DNA of 61,534 nt, counting the filler, from Squatina squatina (taxonomy: Eukaryota): assembly GCA_031763465.1 (NCBI GenBank). It is 3 parts of 3 records of this genome, joined end to end, with 100 filler letters (N's around TTAATTAATTAA, not from the genome) between each part and the next. Parts side by side here need not be neighbours in the genome. Positions count along the whole stretch, not along the records: positions 31,954 to 48,350 come from JARFOE010442132.1; positions 48,451 to 61,534 come from JARFOE010000073.1; 1 more part is not named here. The stretch is one strand, 5' to 3'. A program made the translations under genes and the position numbers. The notes beneath the pieces were generated by a model that saw only the letters and a list, made by a program, of their open reading frames with translations, had not been told where the DNA came from and ran no database searches. Of this stretch, positions 36,504 to 50,418 are shown in pieces (the stretch's first letter is position 1; every line of letters starts with the position of its first letter).

Positions 36504-39500
36504 CTGAAATGAAACAGAAAAACATGAATGCAACCAAAGATGCTTAAAATGCTTGAGATCTTTCCACAAATTATTGTCGGTGGAGGAGTTCAGTCCCAGC
36601 TGAGCCAGTTCTGTCCTCTCTTGCTAAACAGCAGGAGTCACTAGAGAGCAACCAAGAATCTGAACCGACACAGCAAGGATCAGATCCAGTGCAGGAAGGT
36701 CCCCTGTTCAGATAACTCCACCCAGGGATTGATCCCAATCAGGGTCAGAGTAGTGCTTTAATTTACTTCAATATCCTGGGTTACAGTGTGGGAAAAGTTT
36801 TCTGGTTTCATTTCAGGATACTCAGTGACTGCTTGAGTAACGTTGGTATGATGATGATATGCCTGACAATGGGAAATTGGTCTGTGGTAGACTCAGTACT
36901 CGGTTAGCTGAGCTAGGCAGGTTCATGGTAGCCCAGGGCAGTGATGATTGACCATTCAGCCAGGCTTATTAGGACCTGGAAGGATAGAGCTGTTGCTGAA
37001 AGCAGGGAGTTCTTCTCACTCAGCTTCTGAAACCCAATGTCCCAGAAGAAGAAGGTGGTCCTAACAGGTCCAATAGTGGGAAGCTTATCCCATGCCCCTG
37101 CTCTTTCCTGCCCTCAAGCTCAATTCCTCCCACTTGCCACATCTCCTCATCTTCAAAAATCTCATTTAACACCCCTAACTTATTGTCTTTTCCTTTTACT
37201 CTTCTTTCTCGGTGGGTACTCTTCTTCACAATTTATCTATATGTGCCAAATGCTGCAGAAATGCTGTTTACTGTTGAAGTTTACCTGTGCTTTGTGCTGG
37301 TAAGGTGTACGGCTTAGCTAGATTAACTTCAGCAGTACCCCTAAACCTTGGGTTTCCTGAACCTTGCTTGACCCATGTTTTCTGGGCTTGGGTAAGCAGA
37401 GTCTGTCCTTTTGGAGAGAGAATGCACTCCCCATCAGCAAAACAGAAAATGTATTGATGTATACTTCTCATTAGTTTGGTAAAAAGTTTCTACAGGTGTC
37501 AAACACTCAAAATGCATATGTGGATCCAGAACGAGACTGCTGCCCCACAGTAAAATATTCTGTTACTCTCTAAGCTTGCACATTAATGACAGCCACTTGG
37601 GCACAATAAACGAGGGTGACTGCATGGGACCATACCACAACAAGGAGTCAATAGAAGAGGTGGGGGGGAAACTCAGGGGAAATAAAAGGAATAATGGATC
37701 TTCTCCCTCCCTAGCCCGAATTAGCTGTGGCCAATAATCGTACCTATCGCCATCCCAACCGAGATCAGCTGACTGCACAAATCAGGTCGAAAGGAATAGG
37801 AGAGACAAACAAGTAAAATTAGAAGTAATCATGAGGTGACATCAAGCTTCGGTTTTAGATCTATGGAATCGGATGTGGGAGTTCTCCAGTTTTTAGGTTC
37901 TAAGAAAGAAATGAATTGGAGGATACTGTGTGATGCTTCTTGATTTCAGTATGGTGAGGAAATGTGTGGCTGTCACATTTATTGGATTTCTGACTATCTG
38001 GCCACGGAAGGACTTTAGTTTTATCAAATTCATTAGGTTAAATTCAGCTAAAAGAATTTTATGTTGTGCTTTTCACGCTCTCAGGATGTCCCAAAGAGCT
38101 TCAGTCAATGAGATGTAGTCCCTATTGTAGGGAAATGTGGCAACCTATTTGCACAGAGCTATCTTTATATGAAGCAGAAGGAAACAGCAGATGGGAAATG
38201 GAAAGACTGCTGTGCGTGGGTGATGCACAATTAAAGGCGAGGGTTTTTAAGGCAGGATTTTGAAAGAAAGGTGATGGATTTAGTGACAGAATGCAGAGGG
38301 GCACAGGGGCGAGCAGCTGAAGAAAAGCCATCAATTGTGGAATGGAGATATCGCGAAACAAGTATTACCTAGGACTAGAGGAACAGGATTTTTAAAAATA
38401 TATTTACAGGAGGTGGCAAAACAGCATTTGTTGCATCTTCAGAGTTGCTCAGGTCACACTGAAGAGGCCTTTTTGAAATTCTGCAGTCCTTATTGTGATG
38501 GTGCTCCCATGATGGTGCATTCCAAGTGATGGATGTACATCCAAGTTAGGATGGTGAATAACTTGAAAGCTGGTGTTCCCATGCCACTGCTGCAGTTGTC
38601 TTCAGTGGTAGAGGTTACAGAGGTGAGAGTTGCTATCAAAGCAAACTTGGTAAGTTGTTACAGAGCATATTGTAGATTGTACACATATACAGTGCTCCAG
38701 AGGTGAAGGTAGTCAGTGGCACAGAACCTGATCAAGTGGACTGCTTCGTGCTGGATGTTGTTTAAGCTTTGAGTATTGCTGCAGCTGCATTCATCCACAT
38801 GAGTGGTGAATTTTCCATCACACCACTGACTTGAACCTTGTAATTAGTGGAGAAACGTTGGGGAGTCAGGAGCTGAGTCACTTGTCAGAGTACCCTGCCT
38901 CTGCCCTGCTCTTGTAGTCACGGATCTGGTCCAGTTAAACTTCTCGTCAGTGGTGATTCCCAATATTTTAATGGTGGCGGACCCGGCAAAGATAATTCTG
39001 TTGGAAGGTCGGGGGAAGTGGTTGGGATTTGTTATTGGCATTGGCACTTGTGTGTCGTGAAAGTTACCCAGCAGCCAAAGCTAGATGTTGTTCAAGTCCT
39101 GTTGTAGGCCAGAATGGGCTACTACATAATTAGGAGTTGTGAATGTAGCTGAACACTGGAATTTTCAGAGAACGGCTCCACTTCTATGTGCACAAATATA
39201 TGGCTGGAGGAGATCGTCAAGGCAGATTGCAGAAAGGCTTTGAAGGAATTTGAAAGTGAGGTTCTTGGAAGTCAATTTATTGAGCACAGGGAACAAGCGG
39301 TGTTTGTCAAGTCAGGGGTGATAGGAATGTGAGACTTTGTGGGGGTGGTGAGAGGTGGTAATGGGCCTCAATAACTGTTTGCTGAGATTAGATTGACCAA
39401 GAATCAAACCTGCATACCCTGGACCACACTGCAGACAGGAAATTGAATTCTTCAAAGATCATCTCTGCGCTCCCCACACTAAAACTAATCACAAGGAATT

Positions 39501-39779
39501 CAACAGCAGTTGGGAAAAGGATGTGGGCCATTTCATTCACATACAAGCAGAACTGTTTCAACCACTGAACTCTGCCCCTGTAAGTAATGGAAATGATAAT
39601 CTACTGAAAAACAATGCAATTGCCTTGAGCCAGCCAATTATTGCAATTCCAGTTGAGGCCAAGAAGGATACAAGAGAGAACCCCAGGAGAGGGTGGCATC
39701 ATTAATGCATGTTAGTGAGGCACTCGATGAAATGATGGCTGAACAGTCAAGGTCTTCAAGTCATGTTGGCTATTTCCTG

Positions 39780-40700
39780 GAGATGCTGGAAATCAACTAT
39801 AATCACAATTGTTCAAAAACTAGGCAAAGTAATTACTGGCCCATCAGCCTGCTGAGCTCACTGGGAAAGCTGCTGGAGAGAGTAATCACTTTGGGGGCAT
39901 TGACTTCTTCAACTCAGGCCAAGCAGGGTTCAGGAGAGAAAGAAGCACCAGTGACAACTTGCTAAAACTATCAAAGCAATGGTCTGCAGATATGCAATCT
40001 CCCAGCTTTGATAATCCATTTAATCAGCTCTATTGGGATGTCAAAGTTCCTAGCAAAGCATACAATTGGTGTCAGAGTGCCACCTAGTTTTGCCTCATAG
40101 CAGGGATCTCCAGGGCTTGGTCCTCAGTCCATTTCCTGTTCTTCACTTGAGTCAATGACATTCCAATACCTGAACGAAGGACTCGTGTTTGCTCAGTTTG
40201 CTAATAGCAGTTGGGTATCCTCCATGATCTCAACAAATAGCATCAGAAAAGCTGATGATATGGATGAATGGGTGTGCCAAAGGTGAATTCTGCTGAACCT
40301 CAAAATCAATATATGGTATACTCAGAAAAAAACAATTACAAGAAACATGATGTGGGGATTGAGTTCATGTCAAGACCAGCTAAGAGCAGAAGTTCCTGGT
40401 CATAACTTTCCAGAAGAACAAGGCTTGGACACATGGATGACATCAGTTTCAGGGCACTAGCCAGTGTATCCTTAGTGATAGGAACAGAGTAAACCCCAGA
40501 ACTTACCTTTGACTGCACAAAGCTCCATCCACTAAATCCTGGAATGAGGCCATCCAGCCTGGTGCGCAGCAAGTCATCTACAAATTGAGGCTACAAACAA
40601 TCCAGAACTGAACACCAAGGGCAACTTACCACACTATTTGCTTAACCTAACAAATAATGGAAGAAAGCTTTCTGAGACTTCAGCAGAGACACATGGGCAA
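39780..40700 (+). mobile_element. Ancient non-CR1 LINE reverse transcriptase relic (Jockey/I-group-like)
   Basis: NYWPISLLSSLGKLLERVI; frameshifted GI.QGLVLSP near 40103-40133; AQFANS in place of FADD near 40191. Confidence 0.55.
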
Positions 40701-41239
40701 CGTGAGAACATATTTTATCACTGTCATGCTGATAGAATCTTCTGTGATTCAATGTTTTCTCCTTCTATCACAACGATCAGATAAGCAAGTGGACACTGAA
40801 ATCTGTACGTCAGAATGTCCAATATAAAAAGGATATGAAGTGTTATTCTTAGCAAGCACCCAATGTTACTAATACTACCGCTGATAACTAAACTATACTC
40901 CCTGGCATGGTAGGAGATCTCTTACATTAAAGGATCACAGCACAATAATTATACCCATTTGTATATGACTTACATTTCAAGAATTACATATCGGAGGGTT
41001 TTGTTTATTCCATCAATCCTTTTCATCTCTTCATCAGTCAGACAGAAGTCAAAGATCTGCAACAGTATAGAAAAAGATTCTGTCACATTCAGATTTGGAA
41101 ATTGCTGCACTTCCTTTGCTATTGCACACCAATCCTTGAGGGTGTTGTATTTTATACATCATGATTCAATCATCAACCTCCTTAACACAGCATCATCCAG
41201 CCTCCCCAATAGCTCTGTTGGTAAACTAGATTCACAGAG

Positions 41240-44200
41240 TGATACGGCATAGGAGCAGGCCATTTGGCCCCTCGTGCCAGTGCCATCTCTTTGGTAGAGC
41301 TGTCCAATGAGTCCCACACCTCTCTTCTTTCCCCAAAGCCCTGTAAATGTTTTCCCTTCAAGTATTTATCCAATTCTCTTGAAACTATTGAATCTGTTTC
41401 CACCGCCCTTTCAGGCAGTGTATTCCAGATCACAACTTGCTACGTTTAAAAAAAAAAAGTTGTCTCTGGTTCTTTTGCCAATCACTTTAAATCTGTCCTC
41501 TGGTTACTGACCCTTCTGCCACAGGAAACAGTTTCTGTTGGCATGTGGATCCTGGTTAATTCAGCTTCTGAAAGGGGTTCATGTTTAATTCATTCAATAT
41601 AGGGAAAAAATGTGGCTGGTATCATTCGAGAGAGACAGATTTCACTTAGCAACAGCTGGTGTTTTGCGACCAACCAGCCTTTGATATTCATAATGGAAAT
41701 GTTCTTCTAGATTGGAAATATGATAGGATAAGAAAAGTCTAGAGACTAGTGGTTTATGCTAATAAATGAAGGCCACAATGTTTCTCTGTGTGTTGTTGAC
41801 GTAGGCTTATGGCTCTGGACTATGCAGTAGCCAGGGACTACCATATTAGGTAATGCCTGCTCCAGTTTGATAAGAAAATAGTGTATAAATGTAAAACTTT
41901 TCCCTTGTTCAGTAACTCAGAGATACCCGTGCCTAGGTATAACTTGCTCTATCTGTGACTATACTCCGCTTGTAAATTGCTTTTTATGCTGAAGTTAAAG
42001 AATAAAATGATTATAACCAGAAGACTGAATTCATTACAACTCAAGTGAACAAACAGAACTTTAAGTTTCTCCTTATTTACTCTTTCAAAAACGTTCATGA
42101 TTTTGAATGCCTCTTATCAATTCTCCTTTTAACGTTCTCTGCTCTAAGAACCACCCCAGCTTCTCCAATCTCCACATAACTGAAATCTCTTCAGCAGCCT
42201 TTAAATCCTTCCTAAAGTGTGGTGCCCAGAATTGAACATAATACTTCAGCTGAGTCCCAACCAACGTTTAGTCAAGGTTTAGCATACTTGTGTACTCTGG
42301 CTCTATTGATAAAGCCAAGGACCACATATGCTTTTTTAACCACCTTCTCAACTTGTCCTGCCACCTTCAAAGGTTTGTGTACATACACGGCCAGGTCTCA
42401 GTTCCTGCACCTCCTTTAAAATTTTACCTTGCCTCTCCTCATAGTTCCTATCAAAATTTATCAATTCACACTTCTCTGCGCTAAATTTTATTTGCTCATT
42501 TCACCAGTCTCTCTTTCCTCTTGGAGTCTGTTACTGTCCTCCTCATTGTTAATTTCTGAGTTTCATGTCATCTGTAGACTTTGAAATGATGCCCTGTATA
42601 CCCAAGTCCAGGTCATTAATATATATCAAAGAGCAGTGGTCCCAACACCACTGCATACTTCCCTCCAGTCTGAAAAACAACCGTTCACCACTACTCTCTT
42701 TTCTGTCTGATAACCAATTTATTATCCACGCTGCCATATTTCCTTTAATCCTATGGGCTTTAATTTTGCTAACAGGTCCATTAAGTGCTACTCTATATAC
42801 ATAACATCAACTGACCAACCCTTTCAGTTACTTCAAAGAACTCAATCAAGTCAGTCAAACAAATTCCATGCTTTCACTTATTAGCCCATAGTTTTCCAAG
42901 TGCCAATTCATTTTGTCTCAAAGTTTACCTCTGCAGTTAGGCTGACTGGTCTGTAGTTGCCAAGATTATCCCTCTTCCCTTTTTTAAAAATGAGGGTGCA
43001 ACATTGCAATCCTCCAGTCCTCTGGTACCACCCCCATATCTAAGGAGGATTGGAAGATTATGGCCAGAGCCTCTGGCTTCCCTCAGTAACCTAGGGATAC
43101 ATTCCATCTGGACAAATGTAGAAATAGTGGGTAATATATTAGCACGAATTGAGAATTGGCTTACTAACAGAAAACAGAGTTGGGATAAATGGGTCAATCT
43201 CAGGATGGCCAACTGTAACTAGTGGGGTGCCACAGGGATCAGTGCTGGGGTCTCAACTATTTACAATCTATATATAAGGGGCCGAGTGTATTGTAGCCAA
43301 ATTTTCTGACAATACAAAGATAGGAGGAAAAGCAAGTTGTGAGGAGAACACAAAGAGACTGCAAAGGGATATTGATAGGTTAAGTGAGTGGGCAAAAATT
43401 TAGCACATGAATTATAATGTGAGACTACAGAATGCTGCAGTACAGAGGGATCTGGGTGTCCTCGTACATAAACACAAAAAGTGAGCATGCAGGTACAGCA
43501 AGTAGTTAGGAAAGCAAATGGAGTGTTGCAAGTGAGAATGACCCATTTATCCCGACTCTGTTTTCTGTTAGTTTGCCAATCCTCAATTCCTGCTAATATA
43601 TTACCCACTACACCATGAGCTCTTATCTTGTGCAGTAATCTTTTATGTGGCACCTTTTCGAATGTCTTTTGGAAATCCAAATACACTACATCTACTGTTT
43701 CCCCTTTATCCACCCTGCTCATTACATCCTCAAAGAACTCTAATAAATTTGCAAGGGGAATGGAATATAAAAGTAGGGAAGTCTTACTACAACTGTACAG
43801 GGCGCTGGTGAGACCACAGCTAGGGTACTGCGTACAGTTTTGGTCCCCTTATTTAAGGAGAGAAATACTTGCATTGGAGGCAGTTCAGAGAAGGTTCACT
43901 AGCTTGATTCTTGAGTTGAGGAAGGGCTGAGTAGGTTGGGCCTTTACTCATTGGAGTTTAGAAGAATGAGAGGTGATCTTATTGAAACATAAGATTCTGA
44001 GGGGGTTGGACAGGGTAGACGCTGAGAAGACGTTTCCCCTCCTGGGGGAATCTAGAACTCGGGGGCATAGTTTAGGAATATGGGGTCGTCGCCCATTTAA
44101 AATGGAATTGAGGAGAAATTTCTTCTCAGAATCTTTGGAATTCTTTACCCCAGAGAGCTGTGGAGGCTAAGTCATTGAATATATTCAAGGCTGAGACAGA

Positions 44201-47200
44201 CAGATTTTTGAACTACAGGGGAGTCCAGGGTTATGAGGAACAGGCAGGAAAGTGGAGTTGAGGCCAAAAATCAGATCAGCCATGATCTTGTTGAATGGCG
44301 GAGCAGGCTTGAGGGGCCGAACGGCCTACTCCTGTTCCTATTTCTTATGGACCGAGTGACTTTTCTACTTTGAAGACTGCCAACCTTTTAAGTACCTCCT
44401 TTATCTATTTTTATCTTATCCAGTATCACTACTACCTCCTCTTTTACTGCTATATTGGCAGCATCCTCTTCTCTACATCTCAATACTTACTCTTTGAAGG
44501 TCTCCTGTTGTTTAACTACTGTTTTGCCTACCAATTTTTGATTTCAGTCCTCCTGGGCCAGGCCTCTTTTCAACCCACAGAAATTAGCCCTTCTCCAATT
44601 AAGTATTTTTATGCTTGATTGCTCAGTGTCCTTTTCCATAACTATTCTAAGCCTGATGATCACTGTTTCCAAATGCTCTCCCACTGAAACATGCTCCACT
44701 GCATTCCCCAGAACTAGATCCAGCACTGCATCCTTCCTTGTTGGGCTGGATGAAGAAATTCTGTAATTAGCCAGTTCATCCTGATGGTGCCAGTTTCAGT
44801 TCTACTCCCTGATGGAGCTTAACTGGCTTTAGTGACCCTTTGTGGAAAAACTGGTGAGGGTTCTCATTCTTCACACTATCTAATGACCCCCTACTAGAAT
44901 ACTCTTCAGGTGGAGTGCTAACCTCAACCAAATATCCTGCCAACACTCACTGTCCAGACTCACGAAGGAAGAATGACCAAAGTACTGGAGGCACGAGTCA
45001 GCTGGAGAAAAAAAGTAGAATATACAAACTAAAAAAAATCATTGTCAGAGTGCAATCACTTTATAAAGAGACAGTGTTGGAATTCCTAACTTTTTAATGA
45101 GGACTGAATGTATTATCGAGCAGAATGCATCATATGGGGAGGAGGACTAGAAACAATTCAGAACTCCCCTTATTTACATCATTTCTCCCACTTCATGATC
45201 AGACCGCTCCTGTGGACCCAGAACAGTGTAAATACAGTGTAAACTGCCATGGAAAGAAAGAACAAACACGTTGTGTAATCTTGCGAAGGTAAACCCCAGG
45301 CATTAGCCCACAGAAGCCAGTTTTGCAATGTGCATGGCCTTGAAACTTAACTGTGATTACTAACTCGCTGATGCTTCATTCTATCTCAAAACGAAATGCC
45401 CGGATATGCCAACGTAGGGAAATCCTAGATCAGATTTTGAACTACAAGATGTATGCATGAGGCAGGGTCACACAGTAAAAATATATAGGGTTAAAACTAG
45501 CATGCTTTGTCCGTCACATGGGTCATAGGGAATGGTCAAGTGACGTAAATGTATTCTGCTTCACCTCCCCCTCCTACCAGCCTGTTTCTTTTCCTGCCAA
45601 TTTCCATCCCATTCCTCAGTGATTCACAGGGTACAGTTCCATGGACTAGTCACTCGTGGGTTACTTCGCCCAAGGGACCATTATTCTCAACACCATCCAG
45701 GACACAGCATTTTGCATGATTGGTGCTGTTAACCACTGAACTCAATATCTTCCCCTGTCACTGGCACACTAACTTCAGAATGTAAAAGAGTTGAAGGTCT
45801 CTGCCTCCACCACCAATTCGGGCAGCGAATTCCAGACACCCAGCACCCCTTGGTTAAAAAAGTTTTACCTCATGTCCCCTCTAAGCCTTCTACCAATCAG
45901 CTTAAATCTATGTCCTCTGGTTCTTGAACTCTCCGCTAGGGGAAACACATTCTTCTTGTCTACTCTATCTAGCCCTCTCATAATTTTGGACACCTCAATC
46001 AAGTCACCCCTGAGCCTCCACTGTTCCAAGGAAAACAACCCCAGCCTATCCAATCTCTCCTTGTAGCTGCAATTCTCAAGCCCTGGTAACGTTCTTGTAA
46101 ATCTTCTCTGTACTCTCTCCAGAGCAATTACATCCTTCCTGTAATGTGGTGACCAGAACTGTGCACAATACTCCAGCTGTGGCCTTACCAGCATTTTGTA
46201 CAGTTCCATCATTACATCCCTGCTTTTGTATTCTATACCTCGGCTAATAAAGGAGAGCATTCCGTATGCCTTCTTCGTAACCTTGTCTACCTGTACTGCC
46301 ACCTTCAGGAACCTGTCACGTGCACTTCAAGGTCTCTCACTTCCTCTACCCCTTAATATATTCCCTTTGCTGTCTTATGTGGAAAGGTTGAACAGGTGGA
46401 CCTATACTCATTGGAGTTTAGTAAAATGAGAGGTGACCTTATTGAAACATACAAGATTCTGAGGGGGCTTAAGAGGGTAAATGCTGAGAGGATGTTTCCC
46501 TTCGTGGGGGAATCTAGAACTAGGGGGCATAGTCTCAGAATAAGGGGTCGCCCATTTAAGATGGAAATGAGAAGGAATTTCTTCTCTTAGAGGGTTGTGA
46601 ATCTTTGGAATTCTTTACCTCAGAAAGTTGTGGAGGCTGAGTCATTGAATATATTCAAGGGTGAGATAGATTTTTGAGCAGCAACGGAGTCAAAGGTTAT
46701 GGGGAACAGGCAGGAAAGCGGAGTTGAGGCCAAAATCAGATCAGCCATCTCATTGAATGGTGGAGCAGGCTCGAGGGGCCACGCCACTGGCGTTCAACCC
46801 CAGCCGCCCCAGGCGCGTCCGGGAACATGCTGCATCCCAGAGCAACGAATACTGGGAGGTCTGGGGCGGGGTGGGCTTCGGTGTCGGCAAGCGAAATGGC
46901 AGGTCCCACCCTGTACGCATTTTAAATGCGGCAGCAGGCAGTTTTGGCCCCTAAATCTCTGTTTTCTCTGTGCAGATTTGAGGTGATTGGCAGAAGAACC
47001 AAAGGCGACTTTAGGAAAAACTTTTTTTTTTTTTTTAAACACAGCGAGTGGTTAGGATCTGGAATGCACTGCCTGAAAGGGTGGTGGAGGCAGATTCAAT
47101 CACAGCTTTCAAAAGGGAGTTGGATAAGTACCTGAAAGGAAAAGAATTGCAGGGCTACGACGAAAGGGCGGGGGAGTGGGACTAGCTGAAGTGGTCTTGC

Positions 47201-47270
47201 AGAGAGCCGGCACAGGTTCAACAGGCCAAATGGTTTTCTTCCGTGCTGTAACCATTCTATGGTTCTATGG
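41240..47270. mobile_element. Dense stack of CR1 LINE fragments in both orientations (~41240-41540 -, 42090-43105 -, 43105-44350 +, 44370-44750 -, 45790-46370 -, 46372-46780 +, 46960-47270 +)
   Basis: VDVVYLDFQKTFEKVPH, YINDLD, LYKMLVRPQLEYCAQFWSP, LERVQRRFT, RLRGDLIE, TRGH motifs. Confidence 0.88.
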
Positions 47271-47867
47271 AGACCATAAGATGACAAAATTGGGATTGAG
47301 AGTGGGTAAAGGGTTATGGAATGCAGATGCCTATGTATTAGCATAGTTCAGAAACAGCATAGGTTAAGTGAGATCATAACTAGTAGGTTGGGTGACAAAG
47401 AAGGAGACATCTGGAGGGTTGAGCTGTGATCTTATGCGACTAATGTGTTCTTGGTGTTGGCAGTGAGTATACTCAGGGTAATATAACCTTCAATAAACCG
47501 TAGTGTTTGACTGTGTGTGAATTAATTCTTGGCTACAGGCACAAGACTGCAGCCTTTGTAATATTACAAAATTCACATTCCTAACACTGTTAAACACTCT
47601 GGGGTGTTTTCCCAAGTTAAAGACACTACATAAATGCAAGTTGTTCTTGTTAAATGAAGCTCAGGAACGATGATCGACTGTGCTAAAAGTGAATAGTTGG
47701 CAACTATGAATAGGATTAACATCTCCACGAGGAATATTTTACTTCTCTGTTCTGCTTCATATGTCCAGGATTGAAACTCTTCAGAATAACCACAACATCG
47801 CGTTGCACTTGATAGCGTAGGGCTATTTGAGCTGTGTCTTGTGGTGTTTTACACCAATCTTTTTCAG

Positions 47868-48015
47868 CTCCAGGTCGTTAAGAAGGTTAGGACTGTTTGT
47901 GTTGAAGCTGTATTGGAAATTGAAAAGGATCATTATAAGATCTCAGGATTTCTCAAAATTTCTTCCACCCTCAACTACACAATAAATAGCTGTGATTCCC
48001 TTCCGTTTGATGAAT
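47868..48015 (+). CDS. Candidate orphan internal exon LQVVKKVRTVCVEAVLEIEKDHYKISGFLKISSTLNYTINSCDSLPFDE
   Basis: TCTTTTTCAG acceptor, GTAAGT donor, only one open frame over 148 bp. No recognised homology. Confidence 0.35.
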
Positions 48016-48034
48016 GTAAGTGAAAATAAGCTCA

Positions 48035-48272
48035 ATTTTTTTTTTTCGGTCCTGGGACATGGGCATTGCTGGCAAGGCCAGCATTTATTGCCAATCCCTA
48101 ATTGACCTTGAGAAGGTGGTGGTGAACCGTGTTCCTGAACCACAGCAGTCTACGTGGTGAATATTACTGTTAGGAGGGTGGAGCTCCAGGATTTTGACCC
48201 AGCGACTATGAAAGAACGGTGATATATTTCCAAGTCAGGATGGTGTGTGACTTGGCAGGGCACTTGGAGGTG
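48035..48272 (-). mobile_element. CR1-group LINE 3' terminus
   Basis: Minus strand encodes VAGSKSWSS..HHLLKVN-type ORF2 end, followed by AATAAATGCTGGCC and an A-rich tail. Confidence 0.7.
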
Positions 48273-48350
48273 GTATATAAACAAAAAATGCTGGAAAAAC
48301 TCAGCAGGTCAGGCAGCATCTGTGGAGAGAAAAACAGAGTTAACGTTTCG

Positions 48351-48450
48351 NNNNNNNNNNNNNNNNNNNNNNNNNNNNNNNNNNNNNNNNNNNNTTAATT
48401 AATTAANNNNNNNNNNNNNNNNNNNNNNNNNNNNNNNNNNNNNNNNNNNN
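48351..48450. other. Artificial scaffold linker 44N-TTAATTAATTAA-44N
   Basis: 12-mer at 48395-48406, identical layout to the first linker. Confidence 0.95.
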
Positions 48451-48459
48451 CTCCAATAA

Positions 48460-48624
<165 letters not shown>

Positions 48625-50418
48625 TAAGTAAAAATGTCTCTGTTGAAAATTTGAATCAAATTCTTTAGGTAAGTTTTCTTTCTCCTAATTTTAGCCCCAA
48701 AACTTAAGATACTTTTTTTGAAGAGCTGCGGGCATGCCTCTTAGACTAGGCCAAGCTCTTTTTAACGCTTTTAAGTTCAGTGCTAGATGTCCCGGAGGTG
48801 TGCAACACGTCACTTCTGAACTGGACACAGCTGCTGCGGATTTACAGCCCCGTTAGCTCCGAGTGTTAAGTTCTCTTGTATGTGTGAGGGATGGGATGGC
48901 ACCCAGGGCTCGCTGTAACACATAACAACCCTGGTGCCTGTTAGTGACTACAGTCCCCACACAGAACTGCAGGGTCCACTGCTCCTCAGGCCCTCTAAAT
49001 GCCTGCACACGAATGAGCTGACCACACTACGTAACCCTCGGTCAATTTATTAGCATATTTTGACAGGGCTTCAAGTACATGATGCGCTGGGAGTGGCTGA
49101 AGTGTGGGGCCAGGATTACTCGGGGCCAGTAGTCCTTAAAGAGCTGTTGTCTATCTTCAAGGCTACACTTTAAATGGCAATCAGCTGCCCCACTGTCAGA
49201 GACCCGAAGCAAAAAGGTTTCTCCTTGTGGCGGAGCCAATTGTGCTGGTTTTGGGGTGTGTGGGTGTCATGACCCCTCTCTCAATCATTTTGAGGTCAAC
49301 CATGCAACTTTGGAGGAGCCACCTTGATTTCACTCCCAGGGATCTCTGTCACCCGTCCTCGGCCTCCAGGTTTGGCCTGTAATAAGGCTTCACGGTTTCC
49401 AGCTCAGTATTTGGATAAGGTACATCGGCGGTCCCCCACTATACAACTTAACATCTGGATATCTTAATAAATGCTAGGTTGCTCTTAGCTGCTCCCACAA
49501 GCTGCACAGAATATACGTTATGGTCTGCTATGCAAAAAGTCACTTCAAAGATAATATGAATAAATTTCTACAGGGTCAGGGGAGGGGTTCCCATTCCCCC
49601 TCCATAAGTTTGGCAGAAGAGCTGCGGAAACCCTGGAATAAGGGCATGAATTCCTGTNNNNNNNNNNNNNNNNNNNNNNNNNNNNNNNNNNNNNNNNNNN
49701 NNNNNNNNNNNNNNNNNNNNNNNNNNNNNNNNNNNNNNNNNNNNNNNNNNNNNNNNNCGTGCTGTGCCTCCCTCCATAAGCATATGGAGGGATTCATGGG
49801 AGAGCCTGGGTGCAGCCGTGCACCTCTGTGTAGTGGTTGTCAGTGATTGCAGCATCTCAATGGTATAGAACACTGTCAGCACAATTGTCAAACTAAATTT
49901 GTGCATGGGCTTTTTAAGGAAACCGGCTGATGGAGCATCATCGTATGATATCATCAGACCAGCTTCCTTCAATTGGCCGGGAAACGCGCTGGGCGGGCTT
50001 AACAAGCTCAATCACTGTAAAATCATTTTGGCCAGCGGCTGGAGCCAACAGCGAGCTCAGATCCGCCACCAACTTCACCCACTACAGACCCACTGAGCTA
50101 GGGGAGCTCGCGGGTTTAGCGTCTGTTCGCTTTCCAATTGGCCGTGGGAAGACAGGGTCCACAAAGGATAGGCCAATAGTGGGAGTGTGTGGTGGGGGTG
50201 GGGTCATGTGATGAAACCTCTGGGACTACACCCTATCAGAGTTGGCAGCCCTAGACATAAATCATTGAGTCAGCCTGATGTGCCCTGGTGCCTTTGTAAT
50301 GTTGGTAACAGTGTGTTTCTCTGCCACCAGGGGGCAGACTGACTATGCCAGTCTCCTGTCCTGAAATAAAGACCATCCCACTTCCACCAAGGAGATTTTC
50401 ACTCTGCTATGTCCTCAC

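Noticed and set aside
45203-45288. Possible exon TAPVDPEQCKYSVNCHGKKEQTRCVILR
   Set aside because: Weak acceptor, no recognisable homology and phase incompatible with the neighbouring candidates.
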